Position numbers and translations under genes: made by a program. From assembly GCF_902459465.1 (NCBI RefSeq), contig NW_022985716.1:1-64000 (forward strand): a DNA stretch of 64,000 nucleotides, written 5' to 3'. Under the pieces are notes generated by a model. It did not search any database. It saw nothing but the letters and a program-made list of their open reading frames with translations, and was not told where the DNA came from. Position 1 is the first letter of the stretch, and each line of letters opens with the position of its first letter. Positions 25,215 to 37,700 of the stretch are shown piece after piece. Source of the DNA: Asterias rubens (Eukaryota).

Positions 25215-25420
25215 TCAGTTAGTTATTATAAATGTTCGGCCGACAAAAATCTTTCTCAAGTTCTTTTCTCACTAGTCATGTCATTTTGGAGTTGTTTCAA
25301 GAAGGAAAATGGGTTGGAGAGGTAGAATGGGAAGGAAGAGATCAAAACAAACAAATGTTTTCACATGGTAAACAGCGCCACGTGCGGCTAACATCGACCA
25401 ACGCACCGGCTGGAAGAGAC
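25215..25420 (-). other. Probable non-coding first exon of the DUF4807 gene
   Basis: GTAAGT donor on the minus strand at 25214-25209. The only minus-strand ATGs in this stretch open very short uORFs. It lies about 300-500 nt from the ANAPC7 ATG. The 5' end is approximate. Confidence 0.5.
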
Positions 25421-25714
25421 TGAATTTATTATTGTTTTTATGGTTTACAACTTTATGTCATATTATAATAAATCATTGATAAATTAACTAATAATTAAAT
25501 CGTTATTTTAACCAATATAAAATTAAACAGCTGATACTTAGATAAATGCTAACAAATATAAAACAGCTTTAGAATAAATTGGGTTTCTTTATGGGGTTAT
25601 GTCATGTCAAAGGTCACACCTACTTAATCTGTTTTGATTTTGAAGCGGAAAGAGCACCAGAAGTTTTCCAATTATTTCTACAGAGAAACGTCAAAAACTC
25701 CGACATCAACAAGT

Positions 25715-28700
25715 ATGATGGCTATTATTGACCAAGTCAAGATGCTTCTTGAAGAAGGATTGTATTCAAATGTTGTGATGTTGGTGAGTTGCATTTCCAC
25801 ACAATTCAACTTTATTTTTACAAATACAATTATGGGTGTTGGTAAAAGTCGGAGGTCGGAGGTAGCCGGAGGTAGCCGGAGGTTGCGTTAATTGCGTGAT
25901 ATTTAATTTAGAAATATTACTTACACACTCAGAGTGAAGTTTGGAAGACTCTTATGCAGTTTACAGGGAATTGTAATTCAATTCTGTATCCATTGGGTGG
26001 GGGAAACTATGCCTCCACGGTACGAACCGACTGGTCGTGTGGAGTACTTGTGTTGAGTAAACAAGGTCACACCACTGTATGTACATGTAGCGCCCTCAAA
26101 AACAAACGGAGGTGTGTGTATACGCACCGTGTAGTTGGTGAGTACATGCCTGTACACGCACCACGCATGAACCCTGTAGTAATTATGGTGTATTTTTAGT
26201 CCTTTTTTCATAAATAATAAAAATGTAAAAAAATAATGGTTATCAGGTGACATAAATAGAGAGTCGTTTGTGATTTTTTGGTAATTTTCCGAGGAGTAAT
26301 AAAGAAAAAAAAGGTAACCTCCGGCTTTTACCATGTAGTCAAAAATAAAAATAAATGCTTCACACGACCGTATACGGTGTACACTGTATGTGTGTACACT
26401 GCATAGGCCGAGTGAAGACGGGCTATCAAAATACGTAATTTTAATATTTTTTTATAAATAATAAAAATGTAAAAAAATAATGGTTATAAGGTGACATAAA
26501 TAGAGATTCGTGTATGATTTTTTTTGTAATTTTCCGAGGAGTAATAAAGAAATAAAATTAACCTCCGGCTATATACCTTTCTAGTCTAATACACCATAAT
26601 TTCTGCAGGGTTCTCGCGTGGTGCGTGTACAGGCAATTACGCACCAACTACACGGTGCGTATACACACCTCCGTTTGTTTTTGAGGGCGCTACAGTGTGA
26701 CCTTGTTTACTCAACACAAGTACTCCACACGACCAGTCGGTTCGTACCGTGGGGGCATAGTTTTCCCCCACTCAATCGGTACAGAATTGAATTTTAATCC
26801 CCGTAAACTGCATATGGGTCTTCCAAACTTCAATCTGAGTGTGTAAGTAATCTTTTTAAATTAGATATCACGCAATTAACGCAACCTCCGGCAACCTCCG
26901 GCTACCTCCGACCTCCGACTTTTACCAACACCCTACAATTATTATATATACCCAAATTTAAATTGCCGCCGTGCGTACACAGTGGTAGGAACACTGCCGT
27001 ACGATTGTATTTCAGTGGAAAAAAACCCTCGCTCCAGTACAGTGTCAGGGTCAGTAAGCACTTTTATGGATGGATTTGGTAACAATTTGCTGATAATTTT
27101 TTTGTGATAAATTACCAAAATCAAATACTGTAGACCATTGCCATGGAGCACGATGAGCTACAATACGTTTACTAAATACTAGTACGAAAAAGTAAATATA
27201 CTAACTAAACTAAGGGTCGACTGTGTAAAGTACTAAAAGGAAAAGTTTCTGTATGGCGCCACCACTTTTTCATTCGAAATAAAATAACATAGTATCAAAT
27301 TTACTAGTTGCGATAATCGTAACCCTCCATCCTCCCGACGGTCGGAGACCGGAGGGTTACGACACAAGACTGATAGTGATATTATCGGTGTAACTAGCAG
27401 TTTTGACCAGTTTTTGCCAGACTCGTGATCAGATTCGTCCTTTTTTTCCACTTTCCAAAATTATGACAGACATTCTAAACACATGGAGTTGATCTTTATT
27501 GTATGACAACGTCATCTGGAACCCTTAAAACAACATCATGAAAATATTTGGCAGAAAAAACGACAAAAACTTACCAAAAGACTGACCGAATATATCCATA
27601 ATCCATAGCGGGCCCAACTAGTGATTTTGAAAGTCGCACTTGCTTGGCAACAACCAATCAGCGTGACACAACCAAACACGCATCTGGACGAGCCATGGCT
27701 GTCGTATGCGTATCGGCCATTCCAGCTTGCAAACTCAACGCCTGTGTGTGTAAGCACCGATCCCCCGCACCGAGTGCGCAGCATGCAGGCATGTACATGT
27801 ACATGTACATGTACTGTATGAAAATCGTGCGTGTTTGGTTGGGTCACGCTGATTGGTTGTTGCCAAGCAAGTGCGACGTTCAAAATCACTAGTTGGGCCC
27901 GCTATGGATTATGGATATATTCGGTCAGTCTTTTGGTAAGTTTTTGTCGTTTTTTCTGCCAAATATTTTCATGATGTTGTTTTAAGGGTTCCAGATGACG
28001 TTGTCATACAATAAAGATCAACTCCATGTGTTTAGAATGTCTGTCATGATTTTGGAAAGTGGAAAAAAAGGACGAATCTGATCACGAGTCTGGCAAAAAC
28101 TGGTCAAAACTGCTAGTTACACCGATAATATCAGTCTTGTGTCGTAACCCTCCGGTCTCCGACCGTCGGGAGGATGGAGGGTTACGATTATCGCAACTAC
28201 AAATTTACCTGATTGATATATCCCTTTTTGTAAAAATTAGTGAAAAAGTGGTGGCGTCATACGGAAAGTTATCCGTACTAAATACTAGACTAGTGTTTTT
28301 GTAGTGGTCAATAAATTATATTATTTTTTAGTAGTAGTACTAGTAGTTTTAGTACTAAATTAATTAGTTGCCATAACGTAACCCTCCTGCCGATGGCTAC
28401 GAAGCAGACGCAATTTGTGAGCAGGGCGAAATGGTTAAAAACGTACAATTTCGACAGCTAGTCAGCAGATTTGCTCCATTTTGACCACTTTTGAAAATCA
28501 TGACACAAATTCTAGAAACACGAACTTGATCCTCAATGTCTAATGAATCCTACAATATCACTCAAAACACCATTGAGGAAATAATTTGAAGAAAAGGCAC
28601 AAAAACTTACCAGATTTCCGAGCGAAAGACACAGGTTGAAAATTCGAACCTGAGGGGGGTGGAGCTTCGGCCATGTGTGCACGTCACCGGGGTCAACGAC

Positions 28701-31700
28701 TCAGCGCTGCATGCGGTGCATTGTGTATCCCGGTAACTGTGTAGCCGTAGTCTTGATCCAAGACCATTGATGTTGCGCGGTCACACACAACCAACGTTCC
28801 GATCTATGCACGGCAAAAACTGTACACGCTTGTTATAATCGAACGTTAGCAGGCGCTCTGTTTCTCTGATTTCCGCATCTCACCGCGTGTACAAGACTAC
28901 GGCTGCACAGTTGTAGGGATGACTGCTTCGTAACCCTCCGGCTATGCCGTCGGCAGGAGGGTTACGTTATCGCAACTATATATTAATATACATGTAAAAT
29001 AAAACATCGTAAAATAAAACTAATATTAGTAATATATAAAAATACAAAAGATTGGCATTCATCAAAAGAGTAGTTAAACAAAGATTAAGAAATGGAAAGT
29101 TCAGTCTATGTGGAATCCGACTTCCACTTTTTTACTCATTTTGATCTAAAAATAATAGTCGAAAAATTGATAGTCGAATGAGCATTCTTTTCATTTATAA
29201 ATCAAACTAAGAACAAGTTGTATTTATTTTTACTTGCAGGCAAGCTTGATGAAAACAGCCAGTGAACAGAACTCAGAATTACTGACTGGACCAGAGAAAT
29301 ATCAACTGCAGGTTTACTACGCTGATGCACTCTTTGAGATGCAAGAATACAAAAATGCTGAGGTACACAAGCCATAGCTATCATATCAGGTTTCATGACT
29401 TGAAATAATCACTATACAGAGTGATTATTTCACATTATTTCACAGTTATGATACATATATCGTAACTGGAAAATGGAAAACCATACACAGTTAGGGCACG
29501 GCAGCTAACAGAACAAAAATGCATGGCAGTGTGAGTGTCAGCTGTAAATTTTGTAAGGATGAATTTTTTCAGGTGTACGTCAACCAGTAAGAGGGGCACT
29601 ACTGGTGTGTCGACGGCCATGGCCGCCGTGAATGTTGAGGCCTGGATGTAATGCACAGTTGTGGGTACCAGAAAGCCGGAATCAAAATGGATATCGGGTA
29701 CTCAATCAATCAATCAATCAATCAAAAGAAATTTATAAAGCGCCAAAATCAATAAGGCAACTATAAAGTGAAGAATTTTGGATGAGATTTAATTGATTGA
29801 TTCGGTTTCTACTTTCTAGGTTATTTACAGAAAAGCTCTCCAAGTGAAGAAAGTGTTGAATAAGAGCAAAGTTAAAGGACCGGTACCCACTCAACCTCCT
29901 CAGTCTATACCTAATGATGGACTTCCCTCAGAGCTGAACGTCCGCTATAGAATCTACGAATGTAACTATCATCAAAAGAACTACAAGGAAGCTATCGCAG
30001 TAGTAAGTACCCTAATCGCAGTAGTAAGTACCCTAATCGCAGTAGTAAGTACCCTAATCGCAGTAGTAAGTACCCTAATCGCAGTAGTAAGTACCCTAAT
30101 CGCAGTAGTAAGTACCCTAATCGCAGTAGTATGTACCCTAATCGCAGTAGTAAGTACCTTCATTGCAGTAGTAAGTACCTTCATTGCAGTAGTAAGTACC
30201 CTAATCGCAGTAGTAAGTACCCTAATCGCAGTAGTAAGTACCCTAATCGCAGTAGTAAGTACCCTAATCGCAGTAGTAAGTACCCTAATCGCAGTAGTAA
30301 GTACCCTAATCGCAGTAGTAAGTACCCTAATCGCAGTAGTAAGTACCTTCATTGCAGTAGTAAGTACCCTAATCGCAGTAGTAAGTACCCTAATCGCAAT
30401 AGTAAGTACCTTAATCGCAGTAGTAAGTACCGTCATTGCAGTAGTAAGTACCCTAATCGCAGCAGTAAGTACCCTAATCGCAATAGTAAGTACCCTAACT
30501 GCAGTAGTAAGTACCTTAATCGCAGTAGTAAGTACCCTAATCGCAGTAGTAAGTACCCTAATCGCAGTAGTAAGTACCCTAATCGCAGTAGTAAGTACCT
30601 TCATCGCAGTAGTAAGTACCCTCAGTTGTTAGTGTGCTGGCACGTTAATCCGGAGGACGTTGGTTCAAATCACTAGTAAATTTTTCTTTGTTCCACCCAA
30701 AATTATTTTTAAAGGTAAAAGTACCTGTCGACAGGGTTGAATATTAAGCAATATGTAATGCAACAGCCAAAGGCCTAGGATTGTATTGTCCAATTTACAT
30801 GAGTGTTGTTCTTGGCACATTCTCTCTCTCTCTCTCTCTTAAGTCCTTTAGGGCATTTGTTGAGAAACAAACTCTTTAAGCCTCCCTGTCCAGAGCAGTT
30901 GTCCTTAGCTCATGTATGTTATGTCTTTTCAGTGTACGAATGTTGTCAGTCCACCTAGTTTTCGGTCTTCCTCTTCCAGCGGGACCAGCAACATGTCCTT
31001 CCATTCACTGCTTCTCAAGATTTACCCTGTCTCTCCTTGTATGCCCTACTCTAGCTTCTTCTCTAGTATGAAGTTAACTAAGGTTTTTGACTTTATGTCC
31101 GTCGTTTAACTAAGGTTTTTGACTTTATGTCCGTCGTTTAACTAAGGTTTTTGACTTTATGTCCGTCGTTTATTACAATTGTTGTCATTTATATGCGATG
31201 ACCCAATCTCTTTTCGTTTGTTTTTATTCTAGTTGCAGAGTATTCCAGCCAAACAGAGGAAGCCTAAAGTCAACATGGCCCTCGCTAAGCTGTATCAAAG
31301 AATCGGAAGTGAAAGACCAGCTGTTACTTGCTTTAAAGAAGTTCTCAAGTAAATAGTGACTGGCATGCCATTTCTCAGGATCTTTCATGATTGCATATTT
31401 CTATCAAAATCTCCTTGAGCTTTCAAATTTTCTTGAAAGAAGTAAAGCAGTCACCAGATGGTGAAAAATTAGTTTATGTTGTATTCAAATATGTAGAATT
31501 TCACTTTTTCTTATGGCAATTTGTTTTACTGAGCTTATAGCTACTTTTTGTGTTTAAGCAGCTCCATGAAATTGTTCCCAGTCTGTAAACCTCCTGAAAT
31601 GTAACATCTGGGATGTTTTGGGTCTTCAATATTGGGGAACCTAGGCCTTCGAGAAAGACCCTGCTAGGGTTGAAACGTCAGGCCATCAACTATTATTTGC

Positions 31701-34700
31701 ATTTATACCCTCTGTCCTTTTGTTTTTTTTAGTAAGTTGTTTGCAAGAACTAATTCTATTTTCTTGTTTCTTTACAGGCAGTTTCCTTTAGCGCTAGAAG
31801 CTGTACTTGGCTTGTTATCTCTTGCTGTAAAGGGAACTGAGGTTGCTGCACTTACTATTAACAGCTTACCAAACACCAACAACATAGAGTGGTGAGTAGT
31901 TTAGGTGTGGGATGTTTAAAGGAACACATTGCCCTGGATCGGTCGAGTTGGTCTATAAAAAGCGTTTGTAACCATTTGTTATAAAGTGCTTATTGTGGTT
32001 AGAAAGATGTTTTAAAAGTAGAATACAATGATCCACACAAATTGGCCTCGAAATTGCGTGTTTTTCCTGACTGATGCGGTCGGCCATTTATAGGAGTCAA
32101 AAATTTGACTCCCATAAATGGCCGACCGTGTTAGTCGATGAGGTTAAAGGAAAACCATGCAATTTGGAGTGATACTTATGTGGATCATTATTTTCTACTT
32201 TTAAAATATCTTTCTAATCATAATGCATTTCATAACAAACGGTTACAAACACTTTTCAAAGACCAACTCGACCGATCCAAGGCAACGTGTTCCTTTGACC
32301 TTCATTAGTAAAATTAATTTGTGGAGGTAGTGCTTTCAGCTAGGCTTCTGATGGATGATACCCAAGCCTACATCCGTATGGACTGTAAAGGGGGTAACCC
32401 TAATTCAGGAGTAGGTAGCAACGGCCCCTGGACAAAATATTTGATTGTAGCCCACACCTTGAAGTAGCCTTTAGGCCTTGTGTATCTGGTGACTTGCATT
32501 ATAAAAAATACCTCAATGTGTTTGTGCAATTTGATCGGTCAAAGAATGGTCCTGTTGGGGTGTATAACTATGTGGTATGAAGACAGCCTCTTTGAACTAG
32601 CAAATAAAAAGTCCCCAAGCAGGCATAATATTGTATCAAAGTTCATATTATTTCATGTTGTTCAGGGAACTATCAAATTAATTGGTTTTTATTCATGCAT
32701 ATTTTTGTTTTATTTAATCTTTTTCACTAGAGATTTGGTGGAAGTGAACTCTCAAACAATGTATCAAACTTTCTTTATTAAAGTATATGCACATGAAATT
32801 AGCATAATGCTAATTATTGTTAATTTTCAGAGCTCTTAGTCTGGCTCTTCTTGAGAATATCTGAAATGAGTTAATTGTGTGTAAGAGATTATAAGCCATG
32901 CAAAAGTTAAATTGCCTAAGGATTGGCCCTTTGCAAGTAAGTTGAACACTTAAAATAATATATGCAAAAACAAATTTTCTTTTTTTGTTAAAAGTGTATT
33001 AATATACTTAATATACTTTTTTTTGAGATACAGCTAAAGAATAGAAAGTAAATGTTTTTTTTCTCTATAAGGTTAACTTTCTGGTTGAAGGGACACTCCT
33101 ACAACGCAAGCAAAGATTATGCAAAGGCAGTTAGCACATTCAAGAGTTTGGAAACTGGAGTAAGTTGATTCAACGTAAACTCAACAATCTATTTTGAGAT
33201 ATGGCGGACACCATGCTACAACACTATTACGATTGGGTTAATTTGGTGAACACCCAAACCAAACAGTGCACTTCTATAGTGTCCGCCATTCCTCAAAAAG
33301 GCAAATGGGCTGGAATAAGTGGACTGAGGCCCCTGGCTGGTTCGAATCCCACTCTAGTAAATTTGTCTTTGTTCAACCAAAAATTCAAATGATATCTTAA
33401 AATTTTATAGTCCAATTTTGATGCCCATGTTCAAATTTTTACCTTTTGTGAAGAATGTTTGAATATCCTATTTGTTTTCCTTTTTTGTCTTTTAAAATTG
33501 TAAATTCAAAATGCAATTTGGTCGTTGGACCGCAAACTTTGAATGTTTATTAAATAAATCATAAACAATATCTGTCTCTTTTTCAGAGTGTATTGCGTGA
33601 GAATAGTTCAGTCCTGTGCTGCCTTGCTGAAAACCACTTTCTGGCTGGTGACCTTGCTAATGCTTTACTTGTTTATAAAAGGGTGAGTTTCTTAATCCTC
33701 CATGATTGACTCATTGATACATACAGGGTGAGTCCAAAAGAAGTTGACCGGGATTGGTGGTGATTTAAGCACTCTCTCCTGCTTATTAGAAGAAGAAAAA
33801 AAAATGAAAGAAATTGATGATTCGTAAGAGGAATTATGTCTATTTTAAAGACACTGGACACTATTGGTCATTGACTAAGACCAGTCTTCTCACTTGGTGT
33901 ATCTCAACATATGCATAAAATATTAAACCTGTGAAAATTTGAGCTCAATTGGTAGTAGAAGTTGCGAGATAACTATGAAAGAAAAAACACTTTTGTCACA
34001 CGAAGTTGGGTGCTTTCAGATGCTTGATTTTGAGACTTCAAAATCTAATTTTGAGGTCTCGAAATCAAATTTCGTGGAAAATTACTTCTTTTTTGAAAAC
34101 TACGTCACTTCAGAGGGAGCCATGTCTCACAATGTTTTATACTATCAACCTCTCCCAATTACTCGTTACCAAGTAAGGTTTTATGCTAATAAAGGTACTC
34201 ATTTTGCAAGCTGTCCAAGGAATGAGTTTTATACCCTTTGCTACTTACTCAGATGTTTAGATCCAGTCAAGCATTAACATTCCATAGACAGCTACAAACA
34301 TGAGTGTGTTTAGTAACACAGACATAACTTCTCTGAGAAATGATCAACTTGTTCCATTCTTTTTTTCAGATAAGTAGGAAAGAATGATTGTTTGATATGT
34401 GTTTCACTGGGGTTTTGAGTGTCAGTTGTTATTTTGTTTTTTAAGTCATAAATCTCAGTCAACATCATTTTGACCTGCCCTTTATTTGCACTCATCACGT
34501 TTAGTTTTGGTCAAGCAAGCTCACTTCTTATATTTGGTTATCTGGTAAGGAATTTATCGTCTTCGACGACTCAAAAACAGAGTTGCTGAATCAATCATTC
34601 AGCCAAGAAAGGCTACTCATATTTCACCCTGCGTTGAACCACTCCACTGGCTTCTTAGTACCTATTTCATAGTTCTGCTTAGCTTAAATGCTTACCAAAG

Positions 34701-37700
34701 AATTCTAGACTTACAACACCCTGTAACTCTATGGATTGTATGAATTCTGCGACAAGTAGAACCATGCAATCAGTTATGGTTCATAAGCGCATTCACAAGT
34801 ATGTTGAGTTTGAAACTTTAACTTTTATTTATAAATGTTTCAGTGATTGAACACCTCATCATCTCAGAGAATTTCTTATCAACCAAGTTACTGTAGACTT
34901 TGCTCCAATCCGATTCCTGTATTTGTACAAAGCCAGATTAAAGTCTTGTCATTCAGGTGTAAGACATACTTTGGGGGGCTTTTGATGTATCAAATCAATC
35001 ATTCAATTATTTTTGTTAGTGAGCTGACAGACAGTTGTTACATGTGACGCTAGCGCAAAAGGTCAGTCTGGGGACTGTAGTGAGGAGAATGGCTGTGATG
35101 TTGTGTGGGTTGGGGGTGGGGGTAGGAGAGGGAATAGACGCTCCATTATCAGGCATGTGAGACTGAGAATGGCTGTGATGTTGTGTGGGTTGGTTTGGGT
35201 TGGGGGTGGGGGTAGGAGAGGGAACAGACGCTCTGTTCTCAGGCATGTGAGACTTCCTCGTTTACGCAGAAATCTGCATTTTTTATTTTTCCATTCCGCA
35301 TTTTTCTTAGGTGTTCTGCTTTTTTCCCTGTCTCTGTCAGTCCTGTATTGGCCGATTTAGGTCCGCGTTATTTTTTTTCTTCCCGCTCAACAACATTATC
35401 AAACAGCAGTGCAAGTAAGTAAAGCACCTGGCATTGGGAATAAACAGCAGTGCAAGTAAGTAAACACCTGGCATTGGGAATAAACAGCAGTGCAAGTAAG
35501 TAAAGCACCTGGCATTGGGAATAAACAGCAGTGCAAGTAAGTAAAGCACCTGGCATTGGGAATAAACAGCAGTGCAAGTAAGTAAAGCACCTGGCATTGG
35601 GAATAAAGAGCAGTGCAAGTAAGTAAACACCTGGCATTGAGAATAAACAGCAGTGCAAGTAAGTAAAGCACCTGGCATTGGGAATAAACAGCAGTGCAAG
35701 TAAGTAAAGCACCTGGCATTGGGAATAAACAGCAGTGCAAGTAAGTAAAGCACCTGGCATTGGGAATAAGCAGCAATGCAAGTAAGTAAACACCTGGCAT
35801 TGGGAATAAACAGCAGTGCAAGTAAGTAAAGCACCTGGCATTGGGAATAACGGTTATTAAAGGTGTTGGGTTTCCTTTTTTCCTCCTGCAGGTTCACTCT
35901 CTGGACCCACTCTGCCTAAAAGGAATGGATATCTACGCTTATCTACTTGCTCGTGAGAAACGCATGGATGAACTGATGAGGTTGGTGAATGTGCTTGTTG
36001 CTAGGTAACCGGTCGTAAAAATGAGACTGGCTGCTGCACTTTGGTTTGGATTGTGTTTGTGTAATGGCTGTAGGAAAAGCTGACAACTCCTTCCGATTCT
36101 GCAGAATAATTCCCAGAAAATAAAGGAATCTTTCCATGTTCTGAAGAACAACCCTGAAAATCTCTCTGATACTGGAAACCTTTTTCCTATATCCTATATT
36201 ATGTTGAATGCAAGTCAAAAGATCTTTCTAATTGTTGCACAAAATCCCCCCTGATTTCAAAGATACAGTTGACGCTCCCAGTTCTTCTGTGTTTACTCAA
36301 CTAGGGTTGACCATAACCAACTAGGGTTGATCATAACCAACTAGGGTTGATCATAACCAACTAGGGTTGACCATAACCAACTAGGGTTGACCATAACCAA
36401 CTAGGGTTGACCATAACCAACTAGGGTTGACCATAACCAACTAGGGTTGACCATAACCAACTAGGGTTGACCATAACCAACTAGGGTTGACCATAACCAA
36501 CTAGGGTTGACCATAACCAACTAGGGTTGACCATAACCAACTAGGGTTGACCATAACCAACTAGGGTTGACCATAACCAACTCAGAAAACCAACTCTTGA
36601 AAAGTCCTCAATGTTCTTTAGATCTTCTTAAAGACACTCTGGACACTAACGGTACATGTAGTTGTCAAAGACTAGTCTTCTCACTTTGCGTATCTCAACA
36701 TATACATAAAATAACAAACCTGTAGAAATTTGAGCTCAATTGGTGGTCAACACGAAGTTGTGTGCTTTCAGATGCTTGATTTTGAGACCACAAATTCTAA
36801 ATCTGAGGTCTTCAAATCAAATTCGTGGAAAATTACTTCTTTCTCGAAAACTATGTTATTTCAGAGGGAGACGTTTCTCACAGTGTTTTAAACTATCAAC
36901 CTCTCCCCATTACTCATTACATTGTAAGGTTTTATGCTTATAATTATTTTGAGTAATTACCAATAGTGTCCACTGCCTTTAAAGAAACAATACAGAAATG
37001 GTAAGAAGAACAAACAAATTGGGTGTGATCCCTGGCTACACGGCAGTTAACGGTTGTATGGCTTCTGACTGGCACCCCCGAACAAAGATATTGACAAAAT
37101 AGGGACACCGCCAATATAGGGCTAGATAGCTCAGTTGGTAGAGCGCCGGCACGTTAATCCGGAGGTCGTTGGTTCGAATCCCACTCTAGTCAATTCTTTG
37201 TTCAACCCCAACAAAATCATTTAAAAAACTTACCCAGTCAGTTTCCCTTGTGGTTTAAATGGATATCTGAAACAAAAAGTCGCATCCCCTTAAGGTGATC
37301 CCCTGGCTGCCGCTTCCCAGGTTGTATCGTAATTTTGGTGTGATCCCTGGCTACATGGCAGTTAACTGTTCGTTGTATGGCTTCTGACTGGCACCCCCGA
37401 ACAAAGATATTGACAAAATAGGGACACCGCCAATATAGGGCTAGATAGCTCAATTGGTAGAGCGCCGGCATGTTAATCCGGAAGTTGTTGGTTTGAATCC
37501 CACTCTAGTCAATTCTTTGTTCAACCCCCAAAAATCAAGAAAGAAAAAAAACGGGAAGATCACAGATTCACATAAAACTTACACAGTCTTATAATGATGA
37601 TAGTAGAAAACATCCCTTGGATATTTCTGTCTTGAGTGTCATATTTGATGAGAATTTTGTTGTTCTAGAAAAGTTTATTTAAACTTAATAATGTTTGTTG

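Noticed and set aside
29981-30676. Alternative-frame ORFs (VLTTAIR)n and (YPNRSSK)n
   Set aside because: By-products of the 21-bp repeat; only the ANAPC7 frame has a biological context.
35337-35897. Cys/Leu-rich minus-strand ORFs
   Set aside because: Translations of the 41-bp minisatellite.
4403-36583. CRISPR-like arrays among the many regular repeats
   Set aside because: Units are contiguous with no unique spacers, no cas genes, and the DNA is eukaryotic.
37120-37192. Bona fide tRNA-Asn(GTT) gene
   Set aside because: C at position 33, a C-U mismatch closing the anticodon stem, a T-stem mismatch, and multiple copies sharing long non-tRNA flanks point to a repeat-borne tRNA derivative.
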